Assembly (NCBI RefSeq): GCF_964204645.1
Contig: NC_134028.1
Coordinates: 21,882,345-21,946,344, forward strand
Length of the DNA stretch: 64,000 bases
Direction: 5' to 3'
DNA from: Tubulanus polymorphus
Lineage: Eukaryota > Animalia > Nemertea
The notes under the pieces: model-generated
What the model saw: the letters and a program-made list of their open reading frames with translations, nothing else
Databases searched by the model: none
What the model was told of the DNA's origin: nothing
In this document: piece after piece, positions 1 to 12,030 of the stretch
Layout: each line of letters opens with the position of its first letter
How positions within the stretch are numbered: position 1 is the first letter of the stretch
Made by a program: the position numbers and the translations under genes

Positions 1-1027
1 CTTAGGGGATTAATTTCCCCCTTCCCGCCATTTGTAGTTTTGTAAATCTGAATGTGTGAATGTGTGTATGCTTGATGAGTATATGTGTGTTTTGAATGCG
101 TGTGAGGGATAGGTGTCTCATACCCGACAAGCAACCTTGCTTTAAATGAGCACCTACCACTGATATTGGAATATCCTTTATAAATATAAAATTTGTTACA
201 ATTTCTTGTGGAAATAAAATATTATTATTATTATTAATCCATTCATTGATTTTGGGTACATGGAGTTGCAACCAGACTAAGGCCGCGACACAGCCAGCCA
301 GTATAACAATTCTCTATGTTTGGCGATCTCCCAAAAATCATCGGTGTGTAAAGGGTTTATTTTTTTCTACACCTACTTTCTACTTTGTACAGCTTCATCA
401 CTTATTCTATTGGCATATTCCTGTCTTAAGTATTTTTAATGTGTTGATAATCCCGCATGGATGTATTTTGTTTATAACATGTGCCTTGGTCGTTGAAGAT
501 GACAAAGATGCATTCTCAAAGTATTCGCATGCTTCATTTAGATTAACTGGTTTTCTGCAGTTAGGCGCCGATTATCATCATCACCATCCTGGTAATAACC
601 AGCCTCAATCAACAGTAAAACTAATACGCCTGTGGTTAATTATTAATTATTCTGCTGGTACACAGGTTGGCGCAATGATGGTGGGGATAGATTTGAGAGG
701 CCAGTTGTAGCTCGAATCCTGGGAGTTCGTTCGTGTACTAACTCGATCCCTCGCGTCAGAAATCTATGTTTCGTACAAACATTAAAGTTACTTACACATC
801 AACTGTCGCTGAAGTCTAATATATGTTCACTAATAATACGTTTATTCGAGCATGGTTTCCCTTGTATATTGATCTCGTATATAACGCTTAATGAACATGT
901 AGAATTGATCATTTTATTTTCAATAATATATATAACAATATCATTAGGCGAAGTGTGATTCCAGCTTGATGAGTCTGGATTTCACGGGCTTACTTTTCAT
1001 ACGCATTTTCTGCGAGTACTATTAGGG

Positions 1028-2631
1028 TTAGTTATCGTTTTCGCGAGTTTTGAAGGTCAATTTGAACACCAGGTCCGGATAGGGTTCCTTGCAGCACGGG
1101 TAATATTTCGTATTTTTGACGGCGCTAGTCTTCATAATTTCGTATCTGTGGTCAGGAATATAATCGGTCGTATCGATTAATTCTTTACCGTCGAAGAAAT
1201 TCACATCCAACTACAAAATAGAAAGGAGTTGATTGATAACTAAACTAAATTAAACATCGTTTGATATTCGGCTCAGTAAAATGCCTATGCACGTACTCTA
1301 TTATCAATTTCTTCATACAAACATGTCATGCCTCATTTCATGTATCATATCAACTGTTTAATAGTTTTATGTTTTTGCGTATAGACACCACTTGGCTTGG
1401 TCCAAAGTTGTTACAGCCTGTGGGCTGTGTGACTGCTCCCTCACTTATTTATGTAAACTCTGCATATACTTTTTCATTTCAGTATTAGATAATGGTAGCT
1501 AGCATGGGTGGTTATTAAACGCAGTTTATATACTCTATGATTATGCGATGAATATCAAATATAGGTCCGCATCTATTGAAACACAGTTTACTCACTAGAA
1601 AACCGTCGTATGTCCATGAACCGAACTTCAATGCACAAGAAGTAGTTTCACCCTGGTTACCGGAACATAGACTCACTATCAGAACCGGTGGGATCCACAA
1701 CACCTCACCGCCATATGACACAACTGCCATGGTGTGTTCGGTTATTTTCATTCCACCATAACCATTAACATTAGCCCTAATAATAAAATACCGATATACG
1801 AGTTTTGATAAGCGTCACATTTCTAAACGAAAGTTTTGTTAATTTCGGCTACGCACTTGTTGTACAGGACGATGTCCGGTTGCCAAATGTAATGAATTGG
1901 AATTCTAATATCTTTAATACCATCGAACTCTGCCGGGTCCCATTTCAAAAACTCATCCTTCCAACTCTGAAACAGTATCATGCATTAGCCATCGAGTCTT
2001 AGATTGATAAGACAGATGAACGCTATTAAACTCACCATTCGAAGCCATGCATTCAACGACAAAGCTGATAGCTCATGGTTCTGAAATCAATATGACAGGC
2101 AATAGGATTATATACGATAGAATCGGATTAGTATCATCGGACCACTCGAGATGAAACTACAAACTAACCATTTCACTTATATGAATTAAAGCTAATCCGA
2201 CATCGACTTTCATCGTCTCGTTTGGTTGTTTTACAGGTCGAGCAATTTTACCTGCTCTTTCGTAGCGATCTCTTATTGATTTGATCAACTTCGCTTCAGG
2301 GTTCATTAATTCCACTAAATTTCATCAAAAATTATATGAAATCATGTGTTAGATTACATATTTTGTAATCAGGTAATTTAGTTATATTCGAAACTTAATT
2401 CTAAAGAAAGTATTGACAATAAAAACCTATTGTAAGACATGTACGCATTTCATTTTTGCGAATAAAAAGAAAAAAATATATATATTCAGCGCCAGTTTCA
2501 TTTACCGAGAGTCCATTGACTGTGGCCCGAATCAGCCGGCACATATCAGATCGTTAGATTGGAACTGGAATTATCCCACCTGATACAAAACAGCCCAGAA
2601 AAATGAGTAATCCGACCGTTGTGACTGCCAT
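1028..2631 (-). CDS. Soluble acetylcholine-binding protein (AChBP)-like / nAChR alpha ligand-binding domain only, 6 exons, 238 aa
   Basis: GT-AG exons 2631-2580, 2314-2169, 2080-2036, 1966-1857, 1776-1596 and 1210-1028 join in frame (717 nt). They give signal peptide [60 protein letters not shown] and loop [12 protein letters not shown], then a stop with no TM helices. AATAAA on the minus strand at about 913-918 and 841-846. Confidence 0.9.
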
Positions 2632-2701
2632 CGTGGAAGCAAGCTTAAAACGTCTGCCCCACACACTCTGTCAATTTCAAATAAACCCCCGGTAGACCCA
2701 G

Positions 2702-2707
2702 TTTATA
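2702..2707 (-). promoter_or_regulatory. Candidate TATA box of the AChBP-like gene
   Basis: TATAAA on the minus strand about 70 nt upstream of the ATG at 2631. Confidence 0.4.
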
Positions 2708-2924
2708 GATATGTTTTTGGAGACTCTTCTTTTTTCACATGCGGTCGTGCTATTTCGCAATTTAGAGGAAATTGGATCGCATTTGACCTACAAATTACCG
2801 TTAATGATCTGATTACAACTATTCACAATTTAGCGATAGAAATGTCGGATGGATATTTGTCAGCTTGTTTTCTGTTTATAAGCACCACAACATTTACAAA
2901 AATATATTCATTGTCGACCTGAAA

Positions 2925-3060
2925 TATCTCACCTGATTCAAAACAGCTTAAGGCCTAGTCCAACAACCATTGTAACTGCCTTTACGGAAGCAAGTTTAGA
3001 GCGGCTTTTTCACACTGTGTCAATCTCCTCAAATAAACCTGTCAGCCACAGTTCATAGTC
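2925..3060 (-). pseudogene. Degenerate duplicate of AChBP-like exon 1 and upstream region
   Basis: Aligns by eye with about 2575-2708 (cctgat.caaaacagc, tgt.actgcc, ggaagcaag.tta, cacact.tgtcaat, caaataaa). The ATG position is mutated; a GTGAGA donor is present. Confidence 0.6.
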
Positions 3061-4418
3061 GTGTTAGTTTTCTACCCAGTAAATTATGGTAATTACATCT
3101 TTGTGATATATAATCATCCATAATCAATGCAAGAAATGTCGAATATGTGTCAGATTGCCATATCACCACACACGTAACAATCATCGATAGAACATTTTGA
3201 CAAGCAATTATGATCCACGGCCCAGACAATGTAAATAAAAAAGGTTATGTACCAGTTTTCACTTGGCCGTCCAAGGTCGACCCTATCAAATGGTAAAATC
3301 GGAAAAACGTTAAAAATTTTTTTCTGCATACGGTGGTCTTAGGTATCATTTATAGCCGCGGTGTTTTGCCTCAAAGATGGCTGTAGTCTGGTATACATTT
3401 TCCAGGGTTACCGCATCGCCAGACGAAAGATTCGATCATTGGGTGACGATGTGGCCGAATCGGAGAACGTGCGCCGAAAACTGGAAAGAACGGTGCGGTT
3501 TGAAGCGAGCATTATTCCGTGTATCGGCTCGGATTAATGACGACCGCGGTTCTGCGATCTAGTAAAAATGTGGTGGCATAAGAGACGGTGGTGTTAAGTG
3601 ACACGTTCATAATTTTGCCAGTCCGTTGGCGATGACTTGCCTGGAAAAGGTGACGGGGAATCGGTCCGGACCAGCGATCGAGGAGAAAATGTGCTTCTTT
3701 GAAAGACTGGCAAATCTTAGGTCTAATGGGGCACCCGCAAAACCAGCTATCCAGTTAGATGGCGTGACGAGCAGTAGGTTGCTCGTTTGCAAAATCAGTT
3801 CATTTTCAATGAACTTTGAACTGGATTTTTAGACTCCTGAATCCATCCATATACTATCACAGGACTCACCAAATATGAAATACTTTCATTCTTCTAATCA
3901 GATATCGATATATTTTTCATAGATAATTGATTCATTTAAGAGAAAAGTTCATTCAGATTTAATTGAAATGTAGAAGGAAATCGAACGCGGACGACCAACT
4001 ATCTACTAGCGAACCTGGCGGATTCTCGCCTGCCATGAGTCGAATCCTCGATTGCCACAGTAGCACTGCGGGTACCCCAATGTGTAGAACTGTAAAATAT
4101 CAAATCCGTATTGGTCGTTATTTGGTTTTTTTGCATCAAATAGAAAGGTGTCGAATCGCTTTTGATGAATTCATGTAAAAATCTACGGTACATCTTTATA
4201 TATGTAAAAATGTACGTGGAATGGTTTTTCGCTGTCCAGCAAACTGTAAATAACTTTTCATTGAGAAAATGTGAATTTACTCGTTCTCGTATATTGATGC
4301 TTATGAACGTATCTCGTATATTGATGCTTTTTTGGGGGGGGGGGGGGGGTCATGTGAACGAATGCTCCAACCATTGCCCGTGGCCACCAGTGGGCCAACA
4401 GAATAACACGCGTAATAT

Positions 4419-5528
4419 TTACTGAACGAAATAATGAACGAGAAAAAATCGTTTTGCTTTTTTTTTGAAAAGGCTATTAGTTGAACAATACACGACAAAA
4501 TTCAACGACGAATCTAAAATGGTCAGTAGAATTCCGATTTTTCTCATAACCATCTTAGAATCTCGTGAAATGCTAGGCTTTAATCCCATTCGCGTTTCGT
4601 GATAACCAACGAGACGATCCATCGAAGCGGGAATTTCGAAAACAATGTACATCAAAACGATACAAACAACCATCTTTAAAATCTTTTGCTCTTTAGAACC
4701 GATCATGGACGAATCGTTCGATGATCTTTTCCGTGCGTATCGATTTCCTAGAATCAATATGACCAACGCGATGTTTATCAATGCTAGTGTAACGAATGGC
4801 GCTATAACGCACATGAACATATAAGTATGGAATGTAAACGCGTATGCGATACCAGCATCATAATTGAAAGGAGTTCGAATGGGTTTCGATCCAAATGCCC
4901 CCATAGTGTACAGCGAAGCATGTGCAAAGCAATGCCAGGAAGCTCTACCTGGAAGGTAAAGAGGAAAAAAATAAGGCCAGTTACAAAGGAATGCCGAGAC
5001 GAAGAAATTAAAAACGACCAAGCAATTGATTTGGGTTTTAGCCCAAAACCGTTTGAAATACAGCGGACTCGCGACGACGAGCAATCTTTCGAAATTCAAT
5101 ATGACGACGCACCAGTTTCTGGCCATTTGAAACGTAAAGAAAAACGGCAGCACCCAAATGATAATTTCGTGTCCAAAATACCAATCGTCGTACCTGTGAA
5201 TATTCTCGAAGAGCCAGACGTAAATTATGATAGTTCGTAGTGGAAACAGTAGAAAAACTGCGATTAGAAAAAGCAAATCAAACCAGGCTAGAATCATCAG
5301 GGTCAGATACGCGTCGTTATCAATACGGCGAAAAACTGTGATCGTAGCTGAATTGAGAACGATTCCCAGAAGCGACGCGGGCAAGTATGCTATCGTGTAC
5401 ATGTAGACGCTGAAAGTATACTGCCACCTGACCGGCTGGTCGCAAACTGAAGACGTTGTCAGTTCTACAGTCGTTGTTGTCACATTGCCTTGATGTGCTT
5501 CGAGCGCTTGCGGTGTTGTCGCGTTCAT
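4419..5528 (-). CDS. Intronless rhodopsin-class (class A) orphan GPCR, FMRFamide-receptor-like group, 369 aa
   Basis: Seven hydrophobic segments, N-glycosylated N-terminus (NAT, NVT), TM1 GIVLN, TM2 LAWFD, TM3 RNWCVVILNFERL, TM6 VFEIP, TM7 DSSLNFVVY. Confidence 0.9.
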   Translation of the reverse strand: MNATTPQALEAHQGNVTTTTVELTTSSVCDQPVRWQYTFSVYMYTIAYLPASLLGIVLNSATITVFRRIDNDAYLTLMILAWFDLLFLIAVFLLFPLRTIIIYVWLFENIHRYDDWYFGHEIIIWVLPFFFTFQMARNWCVVILNFERLLVVASPLYFKRFWAKTQINCLVVFNFFVSAFLCNWPYFFPLYLPGRASWHCFAHASLYTMGAFGSKPIRTPFNYDAGIAYAFTFHTYMFMCVIAPFVTLALINIALVILILGNRYARKRSSNDSSMIGSKEQKILKMVVCIVLMYIVFEIPASMDRLVGYHETRMGLKPSISRDSKMVMRKIGILLTILDSSLNFVVYCSTNSLFKKKAKRFFLVHYFVQ

Positions 5529-6421
5529 AGTCGGTGACCTGGCGATGATTTTAATTCCGATCCAATTAATTTACAGCTGAGTATTCTATAACAGCATAAA
5601 ATAAATAGAAACGCAACCTGTCATTCTATTTTTTGCCGATACCTTAAAAATGTAGGAAACTAATTTAATGAGGTTCGGTTTACATTGAACATTCCTAATT
5701 GAAAATTGACGATTTCTCTATGAAATGTGATACAATTTCGCATTCAAACCGCACTCTATTGATGATTAGACATTAGAAGCCATCAGAGCAGATCATGGCA
5801 TCAGCCTCATATGAAATAAAACGTGCAACGCTAAACAAAGCGAAAAGGTCGAATTAAAAAGCCATAGAAACGATACGTAAGTTCTACGCCTACTTGGTAA
5901 TTACACTGAACGGACAAGCCGGTAGAGTTATTTGTTAAAGAGATGAAAGTCGTAACATTAGCGGAGTTTTCTGGGATGCAGGCGCGACCTAGCATCGGCA
6001 AGCGAGGATTAATATATTGAATTCGAATTGAATTGGTTCGAGATTGAGACTTTTTGTGACATGGTACATTACATTGCCAACCGCGGCAAGCGAGTTCAAG
6101 ATGGCCGCGCCCATGAATCGCACTGATTTGTCAGTGGATAGTGTTTCGCTTCGGTTTTTAGCTGGCACTCCTTTAAACGAGGTATTTCGTAGTACTAATA
6201 TGTAATAGATGAAATCTAAGTGACGGACACTTCGTCACAGCTTGATTTAACTTTTTATACTAGGCTAACAAATCATTTCGATTCGAAAACAACCTCTTGT
6301 GTATTGTGCATGTAGTATTTTGAGTGTATAACGAAATACGCTCAAAATATTGTCAGTGACTAGGAACACAGAGACAATTAATTGTTGTCAATCCCATGGA
6401 ACTGGAAAGTAACTTTGATAA

Positions 6422-6632
6422 GGTAAAAGTGCAGATCCGCACCTCTCGTGATTGATGCAATCTGCTGAATGACAGAATCCTGGCTAAAATCTTTCTACTC
6501 TCGTGACGATATCTTAAAATTAACCAATGGCAATGTACTGAATTGCTGATGACATTTTGAATCTTAAACAATGATATTTAACGTAATTGATTGAACCGTT
6601 TACGCGGAGAGGTGCGGATCTGCACTTTTACC
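6422..6632. mobile_element. Mutator-like (MULE) MITE
   Basis: 26-bp TIR GGTAAAAGTGCAGATCCGCACCTCTC / GAGAGGTGCGGATCTGCACTTTTACC flanked by a 9-bp direct repeat CTTTGATAA (6413-6421, 6633-6641). Confidence 0.85.
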
Positions 6633-7375
6633 CTTTGATAAAATTTTTTTCATATTGAAATTGTACTTTGGGCCCAAAGCATATCAATTCTTAGATAAAA
6701 CTTGGAAAAATTAAAAATAATGCCAGAGAGTTGGGGGAGGGGGAAGACGATGACACTGCAACTCTAAGTTTGATTAATTTCTGGTTAAAGAAAATTTAGG
6801 CTTTTAAGATAATGAAATTCAATTTTCTGCCAGAAAAAAGACTTGACCTAATTTCCCAACTGAATTATTTAAATTGATATTAATTTTTGGTCTTTGGCTA
6901 ACCCGTGGCACTGTTTGTCACTACCTACTATTTCGATTTAGATTAGTGTATCAAGAATTATTCGATGGTTTAAACCACTTTGCAAAACCACTGTAACCCG
7001 ACATTTCGAAGTGAAACTGAGTCAGACTGAGACTGGTTTTTTGCAAGATTGAAGAATTTTGACCTGGTTGTTAATTTAGAAATTAGCACCATTCGAAAAC
7101 AAAAGGACAAGAAGATAACTACAAATTTTTTAATTACGGAGAAAAATGGAAGACGCGTTAAAATGCATCAATCGGAAAATTATTTTCTGCCAGAAAGAAT
7201 CGAATTAATTGATTATCAGCAGGAAAATTCAAATGTCAATACAAAAATTGATTTCTCTTACGAAAAATATTAATTTGTTTCTAATCCTCCGGTAATGTCG
7301 AGTACCGGGAATCTACGGCTCAAGTAAATAAGCAGTGCACGTGGCTAGCGGTACCGAATTCCTTATTTGGTGAAA

Positions 7376-8209
7376 AGCTCCGCTCCTACAAACTTTTCAA
7401 GGAGCGTTTTTGTTTAGAAAATTACATCGTTTCTGTACCTTTTGTTAAGAGGAAAGAATTTACCAAATTCAGAATCAGTTCTCACCACCTACAAATTGAA
7501 TCAGACAGATATGCACGACCCAAAATCCCTGTGGCAAATAGAATTTGTTTACTGTGTAAATCTGTCTCCAGTACTATTGGTCAGGTGGAAGATGAAAAAC
7601 ACTTTATTTTAGACTGTTCCACGCTAAATTCGAAGAGAGTTCTTTTTTTGGATAAAATCCGAGAGTTCGTTGATTTCGACGCTCTCTCATCTGCGTTACA
7701 ATTTTGCTTCCTGTCGTCATATAATTCAAACGACAGCGAAATAGGGAACATAGTTTGTGATCTAGTAAATTCTTTAATTTCGGAACGAGATTGTATTTTG
7801 AAATCCTTGTAGACTCTCGGGTCTATCAATTCGATTGTATCATTCGGCTGTTTCTTGCTCTGTTCGGTTTTTGTTTTTGTTTGTTTGTCTGTTTGCTGTT
7901 TGGATTGTATGATGTAAATGACTATATTGTATACTGTATGCTGCGGTAACCTCTCATCCTCGCCTGACCGTCTCTCCCGCCGAAGCTCATTCATTGATTC
8001 GGCTAGGTCGTCGGACCCTGGCAAGCGAGGATGAGGCAATTGTATTGTATGTATACCCTACCGGTCTCTTCTTGTGCTCGTTTTTTTGTTTGTTTGTTTT
8101 TTGTATTACACTTTCTATATTTTTGTACTGTGTATTGCTTTATTGTACTTCTGCTACCGATAATGTTATGTAACATTAAGGATCAATAAAGTTATTGAAT
8201 TGAATTGAA
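7376..8209 (+). mobile_element. 5'-truncated non-LTR retrotransposon (ORF2 C-terminus, 3' UTR and (TTGAA)n tail)
   Basis: Translates to KLRSYKLFK..ENY..TKFRISSHHLQIE..RICLLC..VEDEKHFILDC, a typical LINE ORF2 C-terminal CCHC region. Ends AATAAA-gtta-(ttgaa)3; candidate TSD TTGGTGAAA at 7367-7375 and 8210-8218. Confidence 0.8.
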
Positions 8210-9519
8210 TTGGTGAAAGAAGGGGCGGAGACTAATGTTGTTGCCGACCGCGATGTTGCTGCTGCTGCTGCTCGAGCGAGACCGATCGGCGATCCGCCGC
8301 GCAGCCGTGAAATTTTAAGCAAATCGTACGACTCAGTCTAACGCGACTCTCATCGCTGTTTAAGAGTCATTTAATTTGATAAAATAATTAAATATTTCAG
8401 TGCTGCGGCTGCTGCGCTAGAGCGTAATTCTCCGGGATTCGAACCCGTGCGCGGTGCCGGACCGGCCGGGCGCGTTTGTTATTATGAATTCGGTCTGGTT
8501 GCTAAGGGAATTTCAGCTACTTTGAATACGTTCGATCAACGCGGTTCATTGTTAAACGATTCAACGATCCAATCTTGGTCGAAATTTCACGAAATAAATA
8601 CATTCTGAAATCACCCGATCCAAAAGTTGCCGGATTTTAGTTACTTCGCTGCCGGATTTTAGTATGACGTAATTCTACTTCCGATTTCCCCATGAACTTC
8701 AAACCGGACGTACTCTGACGTCATTTTTTTCTGAGCTCAGACCACTATTCCAAAATGTTCTATATCCTATAGTAAAAACAAGAAATTCGAGAGTTTAGTT
8801 CATATATAAGCGCGTAAATTCAGGGGAAATCCTGCTTATGGCTCATAGGCCAGCATCTTAGCTACGCATTGAAGTGGTTTTCGCCCCACATACCCAACCT
8901 AACTTTTGAAATAATCAAACCTTTAGAAAGGAGGGGTATCCCAGTACAGGTATGCCAGTACATCCGAGCCAAATATCTAAGGGAATCCCCCACCGTGTTT
9001 GGTACCCTTACTCCAAGCAAAAAAAGTCCAGGGAATCCCTTATTTCATCATCGATCTGTCTCTCAGGATCAATGGATTTCATACATATAACCGAAATTCG
9101 TTACCTATCCCATTTGCAGAAATTATGGCAACATTTATGGGGGACCTCTTCTTCACTCTAGGTACTATTTTTGGGGTCCGGCCCTACGCATCTTACGCAT
9201 CTTCGAGCTACTAACCTAATTGTGGTCTGATGCCTTCTGACTTTGTCAATAAGTCAGAATCGGTTAAGAAGACACTTTCTAGAATCCACATATACGCGTT
9301 TATCAAAGGGACGTCCTCCGGGCGCCTGCGGCGCCCGGCGTCCGTCGATCAAATAGAAGTAAAAAATTCCAGATTAATATGGAATACCTCAAGGGCCATA
9401 CGGCTTACGAGTTACGTTTTACGAGTTACTAGTAAAATAGTAAAGCACCACAGATTAAACCTATACAGATCGAGCAATCTACCAATGAATTAAAGGAAAA
9501 TGAAAATAATAGCAACGAG

Positions 9520-12030
9520 ACTGAAGCCATTGGTGAGAACTATCTTATATGTATATATACAAATGCAGACTGCCTGATGAACAAAAAGTTGGAGTAAAGT
9601 CTATTAGTAAAAAGGAGAGACCTGACCTACTGTGCCACCGAAGTCAATCCAAAATCGACACGCTTCCAACCGTGCGATAACAACATGATATTCGAAGGTA
9701 GTGAGAACTATGACATATACTCAAATGTAGAAAACCCGGTAGTTAGAGGCATTGGTCTTCACGTGAAAAAATGTCTAAAATCTACTGAGCCTAACTCAAA
9801 ACTGCCTGAAGGAGTGGGATTCCAGGAAGCCATCTGGGTTGAAATAGAAATGGACAAATCTCAAAGGCCCCTGTTAGTGGGATGCATGTACAGAAGTCCC
9901 AGTAGCAATTATCAAAACAATGAGGCGCTACACAATACAATTAGGAGATTAGGAAATATGAGAGAGCACCAACTCCTTCTCTGTGGGGACTTCAATTTTC
10001 CGGAAATTAATTGGGACAACTTGTCAACGGCAGTACGGTCCGTAAACCACGAAGCCTCAAAATTCTTAGAAAGTTGTCAAGATGCCTTTTTAACACAAAA
10101 CATCTTACAGCCAACTAGACATAGAATTAACCAACAGAAGAATATACTGGACCTGGTATTTACATTTTCATCCGACGAGATTGAAAACACCCAATATCTC
10201 CCGCCATTAGGAAAAAGTGACCATCTTTGCCTGAGATTCAACATAAATTCGACTCCGAAAAAGCTGAAAATAGATAGATGCACTAGGAAGAATTATAACA
10301 GAGGTGACTTTGTAAAGATAAGTGAGAAATTGACACAGGATTTACCAGTGAACGACTTGGAGGAACTTGATGTAGAACAATGTTGGTGAAAGATTAAATC
10401 CTCTATCATCGAAGCAGAAAACTTGTTTGTACCATCAAGCAAAAATGCTGGGCAAAAAACACACTGTGGATGAACCGCAACACAATGAGTAAAATAAGGA
10501 AAAAGCGCAAGGCCTGGAGCAAGTACCTCCGACATCATAGACAAGAAGATTATGACACCTATACCCAAGCAAGTAACGCTGCACGTAGGGAAACCAGAAA
10601 AGCGATGAAGCAATTTGAGAAGAACATTGCAAAAGAAGCAAAGAAATATCCTAAGGCCTTCTGGAAATACTGTAGATCGAAGACAGTCACCAGAAGTAAT
10701 ATCCCGGACCAAGAGTATAGTATCAACGGTACAACTAAGAAAACTGCAAACAACCACAAAAAAGTCGAGGTGTTTAACACCTACTTTGCCGGGTTATTTA
10801 CAAAGGAGGATATAACATATATACCATGCTCAGGAGCATCACCTCCATAACCAGTATAGAGATAACTCCAGAAACCGTGGCAAAGAAGCTTAAAGCACTT
10901 CCCATAAACAAAGCAATGGGTCCCGATCAAATACACTCCAGGATTTTACATTAGGCAGCAGATACGCTTTCGGTTAGTCTTGCCCACCTATTTGATAAGA
11001 CCCTAAAAGCTGGTAAGATACCTGGGAACTGGAAAGAGGCCCACGTGAAGCCGATACATAAAAAAGGCACTAAGAGTAAGGCTGAAAACTTCAGGCCAGT
11101 GAGTCTAACCAGCTGTGTATGCAAAGTAATGGAGTCGATCGTGAGGGACAAGGTGATGTTACATCTCCTTGATAATAATATAATTTCACCTGATCAACAT
11201 GGATTTGTTAAGGGTAAATCGACCAATACACAGCTAGTTGAAACCCTAAATGACTGGACGACTTATCTTGACAACAACGAAACATTTGATGTGGTATTTC
11301 TCGACTTTAAAAAAGCCTTTGACAAGGTCGCACATAAAAGACTGCTCAAGAAGGTAGAAAATTACGGAATAAGGGGAAAACTTTTAGATTGGATCAGTGA
11401 CTTCCTAGCCAATAGAAAACAGGCTGTTTGTATCGACGGTGATTTATCTGGATGGAAAACTGTAACCAGTGGAGTCCCTCAAGGTAGCGTTCTAGGCCCA
11501 TTGCTGTTTGTGATATATATCAATGATCTACCTAGTGGCATCAAAAGTACAATGAAGATGTATGCTGACGACACAAACATATTCAGGCTAATTAGAGATG
11601 ATAATGATGGGAACATCCTTCAACATGATCTGAATATGCTAAGCGAGTGGGCATTAAAGTGGCAAATGCAATTCCATCCAGAGAAATGTATAGTTATGCA
11701 TTACATATACACCTCAAAGCTGTTACCCCCTGAAGTGAGCCTTCGTCAACTTAGAGGGCATAGTAAGAAACTCAAGAAATTAAGGTCGAAAAAAAAAGTC
11801 AGAAGGATCTTCTTTACTCAAAGAGTAGTAAACATGTGGAACACCCTCCCCGAAAAAGTGGTATCGGCCACCTCCACAGACTGTTTTAAATCAAGGCTTG
11901 ATAAATTCTGGAAAGATAAAATGTATTTATACTAGACTATTTTATTTTATGTTTTTCTTAGATACGGAAATTTGAGGTGAAGTATATAGTTACAAATTGA
12001 TTTTCATACTAACAACTAATTGATGATGAC
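9520..12030 (+). mobile_element. Decayed CR1-group LINE ORF2 (APE endonuclease and reverse transcriptase)
   Basis: YTNADCL, GCMYRSPS, CGDFNFP, LDLVFT and PPLGKSDH (endonuclease); NFRPVSLTS, QHGF, FLDFKKAFDKV, SGVPQGSVLGP and YADD (RT). Broken by stops and frameshifts and an internal deletion near 11700. Confidence 0.93.

Noticed and set aside
2506-2520. Possible micro-exon in AChBP-like intron 1
   Set aside because: Inclusion would shift the frame into a stop; exon 1 joins the 2314 exon in phase without it, and it adjoins a MITE terminus.
3225-3900. GC-richer block with short ORFs
   Set aside because: Probably transposon-derived, but I could not define TIRs, TSD or protein motifs.
4827-5240. 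137-aa + strand ORF, and similar ORFs at 37022, 44054, 44090, 47539 and 47575
   Set aside because: Antisense or alternate-frame shadows of the GPCR CDSs.
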